Assembly: GCA_050949045.1 (NCBI GenBank) | Contig: JBMNEZ010000001.1 | Coordinates: 1,248,001 to 1,312,000 of the forward strand | Direction of reading: 5' to 3' | Length of the DNA: 64,000 bases | Origin: Candidatus Izemoplasmatales bacterium | GTDB taxonomy: Bacteria; Bacillota_I; Bacilli_A; Izemoplasmatales; Hujiaoplasmataceae | Shown: positions 44,679 through 52,989 of the stretch, piece after piece | Position numbering within the stretch: the first letter of the stretch is position 1 | Layout of the letters: the number at the start of each line of letters is the position of its first letter | Notes under the pieces: generated by a model | The model's input: only the letters and a program-made list of their open reading frames with translations | What the model was told of the DNA's origin: nothing | Database searches by the model: none | Position numbers and translations under genes: made by a program

Positions 44679-45027
44679 AGGTGTTGGGACCGATATCGTC
44701 AAGGTCTGCAGAGTGGATCTGAAATATTTGAACCGGATTTTGAGCGATGATGAACTAGCACTCTATGACACCTTTTCCTCGGAATCGCGTCGTCAGGAAT
44801 TTGTCGCTGCCAGATTCGCGGCCAAGGAAGCCCTGACTAAGGCTTTTACCGCAACGAAGCATTTTTTTGCTTTTACAGAAATGACGATTCTTAATGACGA
44901 TGACGGCAGACCGTTTCTCAAATCACCTCAATTGCCGGAGTTTCGCATCTGGCTCTCCCTAAGCCATGAACATGAGTATGCGATTGCCTTATGTGTCATT
45001 GAGGACGCGGTGAATGATGCCCCTTGA
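44671..45027 (+). CDS. acpS: Holo-[acyl-carrier-protein] synthase
   Basis: GVGTDIV, RFAAKEA, GRP, SLSHE. Confidence 0.93.
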   Translation: MIRGVGTDIVKVCRVDLKYLNRILSDDELALYDTFSSESRRQEFVAARFAAKEALTKAFTATKHFFAFTEMTILNDDDGRPFLKSPQLPEFRIWLSLSHEHEYAIALCVIEDAVNDAP

Positions 45028-45096
45028 AAGTGAAGGAAAGTTTAACTTGCATAATCTCAAGACATTTAGTAAAATTATTAATGCTGAGGTGAAAAT

Positions 45097-45615
45097 ATGG
45101 CCACTTATAAAAAGGGATTCAAAAAACAAACATCGGAACAAATGCTTCTTCAAGTCATCGTTGGCATTATTGTTTCGGTCATTCTTTTTGTGTTAATCGC
45201 TTTCATATATGATATCAGCACTAGAGTCCCTGATTATTCGGATTATACTAAAATAACCAAATATGAGGATGTTTTTACACAAAAAGACAAAGACGGGATT
45301 CCGATTGAACAATACATTGTCTATTTTTACAAGAAAGATAGTGAAGACTGCAATAAAATCGCCAAAAAACTTTTAAGATTGGCAAATAGAGTCACCAAAA
45401 ACGGGAATGTTTTTATAGTTTGCAGTACTGATGACATCACCGACGCCGACACAAATCTCGACGATTTTTTGGACGCGATTGTTGAGACGTCAATGAATGT
45501 CCCCTTGCTTTTGACCGTCATTGACGGTGAGCCCGCTGACGTTTATATAGGTGGCGATTCCGTTATCGATGCCATGATTTCGATCCAAAAAGGAACCTAC
45601 GAACCTTTCAATTAA
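45097..45615 (+). CDS. Membrane-anchored hypothetical protein, possible thioredoxin-like fold
   Basis: One N-terminal TM helix; YIVYFYKKDSEDC; VPLLL; GAGGTG RBS. Confidence 0.55.
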   Translation: MATYKKGFKKQTSEQMLLQVIVGIIVSVILFVLIAFIYDISTRVPDYSDYTKITKYEDVFTQKDKDGIPIEQYIVYFYKKDSEDCNKIAKKLLRLANRVTKNGNVFIVCSTDDITDADTNLDDFLDAIVETSMNVPLLLTVIDGEPADVYIGGDSVIDAMISIQKGTYEPFN

Positions 45616-45628
45616 CAACCAGCAACCC

Positions 45629-45648
45629 AAACCCGAAAGGGTTTTTTT
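45629..45648 (+). terminator. Intrinsic terminator
   Basis: aaaccc-gaaa-gggttt followed by tttt. Confidence 0.7.
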
Positions 45649-45712
45649 ATTCCATTTTACGGCCATATATGATAAAATCACATATAGAATATCCAGCTTA
45701 TCCGGAGGAAAT

Positions 45713-47920
45713 ATGGAATATTTGAATGAAGATTTGATCAAAGATGTCTCAATCAGCCAGAATATCAGCGTTGCTCAAGTTAGAGCAGTGCTCGATCTGT
45801 TGCAAGAGGGACAAACCGTCCCCTTCATCGCTCGCTATCGCAAAGAAGTGACGGGCTCTTTGGACGAAGAACAAATCCGCGCAATCGAAAAAGAATATGA
45901 TTATGCCGTCAACTTCCAGAAACGCAAGGAAGACATAACCAGATTGATCGATGAAAAAGGGATGCTTACAGAAGAAATCAAACTGGCGATTCAAAACGCT
46001 GAGAAGCTTGTCGACCTCGAAGATATTTACAGGCCTTACCGGGAAAAGAAAAAAACCAAAGCCACCGAAGCAATCAGAAAAGGGCTTGAGCCTTTGGCAA
46101 AACAGATTTTGACTTATCCTTTGGAGTTCGATCCCGAGACAGAGACTGCTTTGTATTTGAACGAAGAAGTCACTTCGGCCATCGAAGCAATCGAGGGAGC
46201 CAAACACATCATTGCCGAGATCGTTTCGGACAATGCCGATTATCGGAAATGGATCAGAAATTATACATATCAGAATGGCAGCTTAACCACTAAAATCAAA
46301 AAAGACGCCGAAGATCCGTACAAAACCTATCAGAACTACTATGAATATGATGAAGTTTTAAAGAACATTAAACTATACCGCATCCTCGCAATCAATCGCG
46401 CCGAAAGAGAAAAAGTGATTACCGCTAAGATAGAGGTCAATGTCGAACCGATCCTTGATTATCTCAATTCGAAGTTTATCGGCAAGCAGAATTCCCCAGT
46501 CGTCACAATCGTCGAAGAAGCGATCGGAGATGCCTATAAAAGACTGATCAGCCCCTCAATCGAACGGGAGATCCGCAGCGACTTCACCGAGAAGGCCGAA
46601 GATCAGGCAATCCATATTTTCTCAGAGAATCTTCGTTCACTACTCTTACAGCCGCCTTTGAAAGGCAAGATGGTTCTTGGCATCGACCCGGCATTTCGGA
46701 CCGGCTGCAAATTCGCGGTCGTCGATTCTTTCGGCAAATTCATTGACAAAGGGGTTATCCATCCTCATGAGTCAAGACCGGGAGAGAGGATTGAACCCCA
46801 AAAATACGAATTTGCAAAAAACAAACTGCAATATTTCATCAAAAAACACAAAATTGAAATCATCGCTATCGGCAACGGCACCGCTTCTAGGGAAACAGAA
46901 GCCTTTGTCGTCGATGTCATCAAAGAATTGAATCAGGAAGTCAAATATGCTATCGTCAGTGAAGCGGGAGCTTCTGTCTACTCCGCTTCCGAACTTGCCA
47001 GAAGCGAGTTCCCCGATTTTCAGGTCGAGGAACGCTCTGCCGTCAGCATCGCCAGAAGAATGCAGGATCCGTTGAGCGAACTCGTCAAGATTGATCCCAA
47101 ATCGATCGGGGTTGGTCAGTATCAACACGATGTCTCCCAATCAAAACTGTCGGAATCGCTTGACTTTGTTGTTTCGACTGCGGTCAACCAAGTCGGTGTC
47201 AATGTCAATACCGCTTCGTCGTCTTTATTAAGGTTTGTATCCGGTCTTTCAGCCGCTGTTGCGCAAAACATCGTCATCCACCGGGAGGAAAACGGCCCCT
47301 TCCACAATCGGGAATCAATCAAAAGTGTTCCCAAGATGGGACCGAAAACTTTTGAACAAGCCGTTGGCTTTTTGCGAATTCTTGAATCCGACAATCCGCT
47401 CGACAAAACGCCGATTCATCCAGAAAGTTATGAATTGGCGCTCAAGGCTCTCGCCTATTTGGAAATCGAGCCTGATGAGATTGGGTCGAAACGGTGTGTC
47501 GAGATCATTGCTAATCAGAACGCGGCGAGCCTAGCGGAAAAACTGGGAATCCATCCGGTGACAATGGTCGACCTTCTTGACGCTTTTGTTGCGCCCACAA
47601 GAGATCTTCGCGATCAGTTTCCGCAGCCGCTTCTCAAAAGCGAATTGTTGCGGCTGGAAGATATGAAAGTCGGCATGGAACTCCAGGGAACCGTCAGAAA
47701 CGTCGTCGATTTCGGAGCTTTCATCGATTGCGGCATCAAAGAAGCCGGTCTAGTCCACATTTCAAAAATGAGCAACCGCTACATAAAACATCCCCTGGAA
47801 GTTGTCAGCGTCGGCGACATCGTGAAAGTATGGGTCATCGGAGTTGATTTAGATCGGAAGCGCCTTCAACTTTCGATGATTGATCCCAAATCCGAATTAG
47901 AAAACAAGCTGCGTCGCTAG
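45713..47920 (+). CDS. tex: Tex family RNA-binding transcription accessory protein
   Basis: TVPFIARYRKE, DPAFRTGCK, IGNGTASRET, IGVGQYQHDV and C-terminal S1. Confidence 0.95.
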   Translation: MEYLNEDLIKDVSISQNISVAQVRAVLDLLQEGQTVPFIARYRKEVTGSLDEEQIRAIEKEYDYAVNFQKRKEDITRLIDEKGMLTEEIKLAIQNAEKLVDLEDIYRPYREKKKTKATEAIRKGLEPLAKQILTYPLEFDPETETALYLNEEVTSAIEAIEGAKHIIAEIVSDNADYRKWIRNYTYQNGSLTTKIKKDAEDPYKTYQNYYEYDEVLKNIKLYRILAINRAEREKVITAKIEVNVEPILDYLNSKFIGKQNSPVVTIVEEAIGDAYKRLISPSIEREIRSDFTEKAEDQAIHIFSENLRSLLLQPPLKGKMVLGIDPAFRTGCKFAVVDSFGKFIDKGVIHPHESRPGERIEPQKYEFAKNKLQYFIKKHKIEIIAIGNGTASRETEAFVVDVIKELNQEVKYAIVSEAGASVYSASELARSEFPDFQVEERSAVSIARRMQDPLSELVKIDPKSIGVGQYQHDVSQSKLSESLDFVVSTAVNQVGVNVNTASSSLLRFVSGLSAAVAQNIVIHREENGPFHNRESIKSVPKMGPKTFEQAVGFLRILESDNPLDKTPIHPESYELALKALAYLEIEPDEIGSKRCVEIIANQNAASLAEKLGIHPVTMVDLLDAFVAPTRDLRDQFPQPLLKSELLRLEDMKVGMELQGTVRNVVDFGAFIDCGIKEAGLVHISKMSNRYIKHPLEVVSVGDIVKVWVIGVDLDRKRLQLSMIDPKSELENKLRR

Positions 47921-48100
47921 ATGGGCTTTTCTTGTTAGAAATACTCTATGCTGTATGATTTTATTTGTTTGGTGTAATTAGCAAAAAGTTAAGGACAAAA
48001 ACAAAGTGATCGCAATATCATAGTATTAATCAATAGGTCTTGTTTATTTTGTCGGCGATTCGCGGTATAATTAATAATGATTCCAAAAGGAGGAATTATT

Positions 48101-48772
48101 ATGGGAAAAAACAAATTTCGCTATGGATGGCTTGTAAAGTGGATATTGGCAGCGATTTTGATCGCAGCCGGCATCTTGATGAAAATCTACGATGTTGAAG
48201 TTGTTTATGCGACTACAGGCATCGCGATTGTCATCTTTTCGCTTGCCCGGGTAGTGCCACTCATCAAAACGCTCAAAAAAGAAGCTGTCAGAACCATTAA
48301 TCTTATCGAGATCATTTTTGATACGATTATGGGTGGAGTGATGATCTATGTTGTTTTTTCGGGTAAGGCCGGAGAACAATTTTGGATCAGTCTTTACGGA
48401 TATCTCTTGGCAGCGTTCTTCTATGCCCGCGGACTGATCTATTTTGTTTGCTTCTATTATTTTGAAGAGAAGTCCGAACAATTGAAATTTTGGTTTCACA
48501 TCGTTTGTCTCTCTCTCGGTGCGGCATTACTGGTTTTAACCATCCTGAAAAGGGATATCATCTCGACTCTCGGCTGGATCGTTCTCTTCATTTCAGTTGG
48601 CGGCGGCTTGTATCTTGTTTATGACGGCTATGGTGGATATCGCAAATATCGCGAAACTTCCAAAGCCCTTAACGAGGAAAAGAAACCGAAAAAAACACCA
48701 AAAGTTGAAAAGGATTTACCCAAGCCGACCCCTGAAATTCCCGAAGAAAAAGAAGAAACCTATATCAACTGA
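48101..48772 (+). CDS. Six-TM hypothetical membrane protein (DUF308/HdeD-like topology)
   Basis: AGGAGG RBS, six hydrophobic helices, K/P/E-rich tail. Confidence 0.6.
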   Translation: MGKNKFRYGWLVKWILAAILIAAGILMKIYDVEVVYATTGIAIVIFSLARVVPLIKTLKKEAVRTINLIEIIFDTIMGGVMIYVVFSGKAGEQFWISLYGYLLAAFFYARGLIYFVCFYYFEEKSEQLKFWFHIVCLSLGAALLVLTILKRDIISTLGWIVLFISVGGGLYLVYDGYGGYRKYRETSKALNEEKKPKKTPKVEKDLPKPTPEIPEEKEETYIN

Positions 48773-48778
48773 AATTGA

Positions 48779-48807
48779 TTGACAGTCAGCCATATATGAA
48801 GTATTAT
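48779..48807 (+). promoter_or_regulatory. Sigma-A promoter for the tRNA-Ser pair
   Basis: TTGACA (48779-48784), 17 bp spacer, TATTAT (48802-48807). Confidence 0.7.
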
Positions 48808-48830
48808 AAAATGGCTGACTGTCTTCTCAG

Positions 48831-48921
48831 GGAGTAATACTCAAGAGGCCGAAGAGGCGCCCCTGCTAAGGGCGTAGGTCGGGGAACCGGCGCGAGAGTT
48901 CGAATCTCTCTTACTCCGCCA
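48831..48921 (+). tRNA. tRNA-Ser(GCT)
   Basis: Acceptor ggagtaa/ttactcc, anticodon arm cgccc-ctGCTaa-gggcg, long variable arm, GTTCGAATC, GCCA end. Confidence 0.96.
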
Positions 48922-48980
48922 GTCTTCAGATGACAGGCGATTCGATATTGATCGCCTTTTCTTAAGGAATCATCTTTTTT

Positions 48981-49071
48981 GGAGAAGTACCCAAGTGGCT
49001 GAAGGGGCTGGCTTGGAAAGCTAGTAGATCGTTAATCCGGTGCAGGGGTTCAAATCCCCTCTTCTCCGCCA
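48981..49071 (+). tRNA. tRNA-Ser(GGA)
   Basis: Acceptor ggagaag/cttctcc, anticodon arm ctggc-ttGGAaa-gctag, long variable arm, GTTCAAATC, GCCA end. Confidence 0.96.
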
Positions 49072-49128
49072 TATAACAAGCATGGGTTTGATACAATTCG
49101 TATCAGGCCTTTTTTGCTTTAATAAAGG
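49069..49128 (+). repeat. att-like site 1 (core + right arm)
   Basis: ccatataacaagcatgggtttgatacaattcgtatcaggccttttttgctttaataaagg. Confidence 0.8.
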
Positions 49129-49447
49129 CTTTTTCTCGCTTTAACGAGTAAAATTTGCTTTTAATATATTATAATATACGTACTTTGATTTATATAATTG
49201 GTTTTTCAAACCATTCATTATATATTTTTCAAACCATCTATTGGTTTTATCTTAAGGTTTATGCGGTGTTTTGATAAATAGTAGAAATGATTTTTTATAT
49301 ATTAAGACAAAAATAAAAAAATATAAGATCCTACTTATTTAGTAATTCTCAACTGAGAAGGTCATGGATTAGAAAAACTTGTGATCTCAATATATAATAT
49401 TAAGTCGTATTGCAAGATTTAACTATCAATAATTGAGGTGAAATATA

Positions 49448-50518
49448 ATGTCGATAAGAATAAAAAAAACAGTTTGGAAAATAACAAAAAATCCTTTAAT
49501 ACGATTTCTTTTTGTTTTTTTTAGGAGATACCACGGGAGTTTAAATAAACTGTACTTAGAAAGAAATAATTGTTTTCAAAGATATTCAAATAAAAACATA
49601 CAAAATTTATCTGAGAAAAAAATCAAACGTGAAATGCTTATATCACTATACAAATACGGCTCGGATTTTGAAGAGTACTTCCTTTATGATTTTTTAAATA
49701 TAGATAAGCAAAACAGAAAAAATTATATAACATCAAATAACAGGTATTATCTATATACTGTACTTAATGATTTCAAATTAGAACATATATTTTATAACAA
49801 AAATGAGACTTTCAACGCTTTTAAAGAGTACTTTAAACGAGATCAATTCTTTATTTATCAAGACGCATCATTAAAGGACTTTTTAATTTTCACTTCAAAT
49901 AAAAATAAGGTAATTTTTAAACCTAAGAATCTTAGCTCAGGCAGAGGTGTTGAGATTATAGATCTTGGCAATCATAACCCCGAGATGCTTTTTAATAATC
50001 TCAAACTAAAGGGAGAAGGAGTACTCGAAGATCTAATAATTCAAGATGATTTGATGGCTTCTTTTCATCCCGAATCTGTAAACACCTTACGAATACCGAC
50101 GATAATATGCCGGAAAAATTCTGTAGATAACATTACGATTTTCCACCCAATAATGAGGGTTGGAAAAAACAAAATGATTGTTGATAACGGTGGTGCTGGA
50201 GGTATTTTGCTGGCTATAGATTCTATTAACGGAAGTATTATTTCAGATGGTTATGATGAGGATGGCGTAGTATATGAAAGCCATCCCGATACCAATATTA
50301 AATTTAAAGGTTTCCAGGTGCCCAAGTGGGGTGAAGCGATTAAATTGGTAAAAGAGTTAGCAAGAAAATTTCCAGATGCAAGATATGTTGGATGGGATCT
50401 TGCCTTGAATAATAGAAAAGAATGGGTTTTAGTAGAAGCTAATATGAGCGGTGAGTTCAAAGTTTTGCAAATACCATTAAAGATGGGGTTATATAATGAG
50501 TTAAAAAAATATCTTTGA
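49448..50518 (+). CDS. Sugar-transfer-associated ATP-grasp domain protein
   Basis: IFKP...SSGRGV, VLEDLIIQ...HPESVNTLRIPT, VDNGGAGG, HPDT...F.GFQVPKW, YVGWDLA...LVEAN. Confidence 0.8.
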   Translation: MSIRIKKTVWKITKNPLIRFLFVFFRRYHGSLNKLYLERNNCFQRYSNKNIQNLSEKKIKREMLISLYKYGSDFEEYFLYDFLNIDKQNRKNYITSNNRYYLYTVLNDFKLEHIFYNKNETFNAFKEYFKRDQFFIYQDASLKDFLIFTSNKNKVIFKPKNLSSGRGVEIIDLGNHNPEMLFNNLKLKGEGVLEDLIIQDDLMASFHPESVNTLRIPTIICRKNSVDNITIFHPIMRVGKNKMIVDNGGAGGILLAIDSINGSIISDGYDEDGVVYESHPDTNIKFKGFQVPKWGEAIKLVKELARKFPDARYVGWDLALNNRKEWVLVEANMSGEFKVLQIPLKMGLYNELKKYL

Positions 50519-50594
50519 TTTTTAAACTTATTAACTTAAGAGTTGTTTTCAAATAAAAGAATAACTTTCAAATTAGACTGTATAGAGTAAATAC

Positions 50595-50774
50595 AACAAT
50601 CATTTTTAAATATTCCTTTGTTAAGCCGTTTTTATAGGGGTGCGTAAAACCCCTATGAAGGGTGCGTAAAAAAAACGGTCAGGGGTGCGTATTTGTATTA
50701 AAATAGGTTATACGTTCCATATAAGAAATATAGGTTTGATACATTTTGCATCAGCCCTTTTTGCTTTAATAAGG
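50595..50774 (+). repeat. att-like site 2 (left arm + core + right arm)
   Basis: cctttgttaagccgtttttataggggt...aggggtgcgtatttgtattaaaataggttatacgtt|ccatataag...tttgatac...atcagccctttttgctttaataagg. Confidence 0.8.
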
Positions 50775-50981
50775 AGTTTCCCTCATTTTGTCTAGTGTTT
50801 TTTGAAGTGAAAAGCAGCTAAAAAATAAGGATAAATTTCGAGAGCAGATTAGATCTTTACGTGATTACAAATTGATTTACACGATTTGAAGTAATTTTAT
50901 ATGAACTCTGATTTTAATGAATTTATTTAGTTATACTATAGAATAATTGAATTAAGATCTTTCTTTCTAATAGGAGAGGCT

Positions 50982-51467
50982 ATGTCTAACTTGCTAATCA
51001 GAAAAGCCACAGTTGATGATGCAGAAGGAAAAGGTTATGTTCATTACCAAAGCTGGATAGAAACATATTCAGGGCTTTTTCCCGATGAAGTTATCAGTAA
51101 TTTATCGCTTGAAAGGTTTGTAAAATCAGCGAAGGACCATCCTGAAAATACATATGTTGCCATCATAGATAATAAGATTATTGGATTTTGTTGCTACCTC
51201 GAATCTAGAGATGACGATTTGGAAAATACGGGAGAAATCATAGCAGTGTATGTATTAAAGGCATATCAAGGCTTAGGGATTGGAAGAAAATTAATGGAAG
51301 TTTGCTATAAGGAGTTAAAGAAATATTCTAAACTATCACTATGGGTGCTTGGCAGCAACAAGAAATCAGTAGCGTTTTATGAAAAACAAGGATTCATTGC
51401 TGATGGCAAAACAAAATTCTTGCAGGGGAAAGAAATTATTAGAATGATTAAGAAATCACAAGGATAA
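50982..51467 (+). CDS. GNAT family N-acetyltransferase
   Basis: IRKATVDDA...SWIETY, GEIIAVYVL..YQGLGIG, LWVL..N..AFYEKQGF. Confidence 0.9.
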   Translation: MSNLLIRKATVDDAEGKGYVHYQSWIETYSGLFPDEVISNLSLERFVKSAKDHPENTYVAIIDNKIIGFCCYLESRDDDLENTGEIIAVYVLKAYQGLGIGRKLMEVCYKELKKYSKLSLWVLGSNKKSVAFYEKQGFIADGKTKFLQGKEIIRMIKKSQG

Positions 51468-51495
51468 GGAAGGCTTTCTTTGAGTTTAATAATCT

Positions 51496-51626
51496 AACAG
51501 TCGTTTTGAACACTTCCCTTTGTTAAGCTGTTTTTATAGGGGTTAGGGGTGTGTATTTGTATTAAAATAGATTACACGTTCCATATAAGAAGCATGGATT
51601 TGATACAAATGTATCAGGCCTTTTTT
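51496..51626 (+). repeat. att-like site 3 (left arm + core)
   Basis: cctttgttaagctgtttttataggggttaggggtgtgtatttgtattaaaatagattacacgtt|ccatataagaagcatggatttgatacaaatgtatcaggcctttttt. Confidence 0.8.
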
Positions 51627-51739
51627 ACGCAGAAAGGGTATTTTATCCTATCTGTCAAAGTTTAATTCGGCATATTGAACATAATCGCGATGTCACAACC
51701 TTGGTTGTAGTAACACTCCAATGAATCAAAATAATTTAG

Positions 51740-51759
51740 CGGGGGAAGCCCCGTTTTTT
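51740..51759 (+). terminator. Intrinsic terminator-like hairpin
   Basis: cgggg-gaag-ccccg followed by tttttt. Confidence 0.55.
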
Positions 51760-51882
51760 ATATTGCGTTTTTTACGATTTGGGAAATTGAAGACTTAAGA
51801 ATGCGATATTATGTTGTATAATATATGGCAGTGATACCATTTGTATCCTCTATAAATACCCAATATTTTAGGGAGGTTGCTA

Positions 51883-52989
51883 ATGATTGTTACAGTCGAT
51901 TCAACGAAATCGCTGAGGCAATTCGTCTACTTCATCAAAACATTATACAAGGATAATCCCCATTATGTATTTCCGCTTTTCAAAGTCCAGATGAAGGAAC
52001 TGAAGAAGGCGGTTTTGGCTGACAAAGACTATACAGCGATCTTGTCTGTTGAACAAAACGAAGTCCGTGGTCGCCTTCTTTATACTTACAGCACATCGAA
52101 AGACAAAGATGAAAAAATCTGTTTCTTCTCTTTTTTCGATGCGGTGGATGATATGAAAGTAGCCAAGGAACTTTTTGACAGGATGGAAAGCGACATGAAA
52201 CGCGATGGCATAACCTATGCGGAAGGCACCTATACTCCTTATGATCCCGATACCAGAAGAGGTGTGCTTGTGAACGGTTTTGACATCGACCCGACCCTCT
52301 TCACTTCTTATAATTATCAATACTACCAAAAACTTATTGAACATTGCGGATATCGGAAAAAAATCGACACAGTCAGTCTGGGCGTCAATACCGGTCATGA
52401 AAACGGAAAGCTATTGAAGGCGCTCGCTGCGATGTTCTTCAGGCGACACGATGTGACAATCCGGCCTCTTGATTACAGCAAATTGGATCAACAAATCGAC
52501 GCCATTCATCACATCCTCCAAAAAGCCACCAATGAACTGGTTTACCAGGAAGCACCCTCGATCGAGATGGTTCGGAATGTCGCCAAAAACTTGAAATTTT
52601 TCATCAATCCCGATTTCATCCCAATCGCTTTTGAAAACAATACGGGAGAACCGATTGGGTTCTGCTTGGCATTACCCGATTTCAACCAGTTATTCAAAAA
52701 AACAAAAGGCAGAATCAAACCAATATATCTTTTGCTTAACAAACAGAAAATTAACAAAGTCAGAGGCATTTTGCAGTATGTCGTTCCCAAATATCAGGGA
52801 ACCGGGTTAATCGGCGCGCTCTTCAACAGTATCTATGAAAATTTCCCGAAGTACGGGATAACCGAATTTGAAGCTGGTACGATGCTCGAAAACAATCTGA
52901 GACCAATCAAAGTTTTTCAACGGCTCGGCGGCAAAATTATCAAAACTTATCGAATATTCGGAAAGGATCTGAATCAAGATGATCTATAG
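51883..52989 (+). CDS. YghO-like tandem GNAT-fold N-acyltransferase
   Basis: FV....LYKDNPHYV.PL, GR, FFDAVDD, GVLVNGFD..P....YNYQYY..LIE..GY.K, ALPDFNQ. Confidence 0.7.
   Translation: MIVTVDSTKSLRQFVYFIKTLYKDNPHYVFPLFKVQMKELKKAVLADKDYTAILSVEQNEVRGRLLYTYSTSKDKDEKICFFSFFDAVDDMKVAKELFDRMESDMKRDGITYAEGTYTPYDPDTRRGVLVNGFDIDPTLFTSYNYQYYQKLIEHCGYRKKIDTVSLGVNTGHENGKLLKALAAMFFRRHDVTIRPLDYSKLDQQIDAIHHILQKATNELVYQEAPSIEMVRNVAKNLKFFINPDFIPIAFENNTGEPIGFCLALPDFNQLFKKTKGRIKPIYLLLNKQKINKVRGILQYVVPKYQGTGLIGALFNSIYENFPKYGITEFEAGTMLENNLRPIKVFQRLGGKIIKTYRIFGKDLNQDDL

Larger units (their letters stand above)
49069..51626. mobile_element. Tandem pair of integrase-less mini integrative elements at the tRNA-Ser(GGA) 3' end
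   Basis: Three related core repeats starting at CCA (49069, 50717, 51581). AT-rich interior with one cargo gene per interval. Confidence 0.7.

Noticed and set aside
49069..51626. Repeats as a CRISPR array or classical integron attC sites
   Set aside because: Intervals are gene-sized, no cas or intI gene is present, and the repeats have asymmetric arm sharing rather than attC or CRISPR structure.
51630..51760. Possible small RNA or gene remnant before the terminator-like hairpin
   Set aside because: No start codon/RBS, promoter or recognisable RNA motif could be supported.
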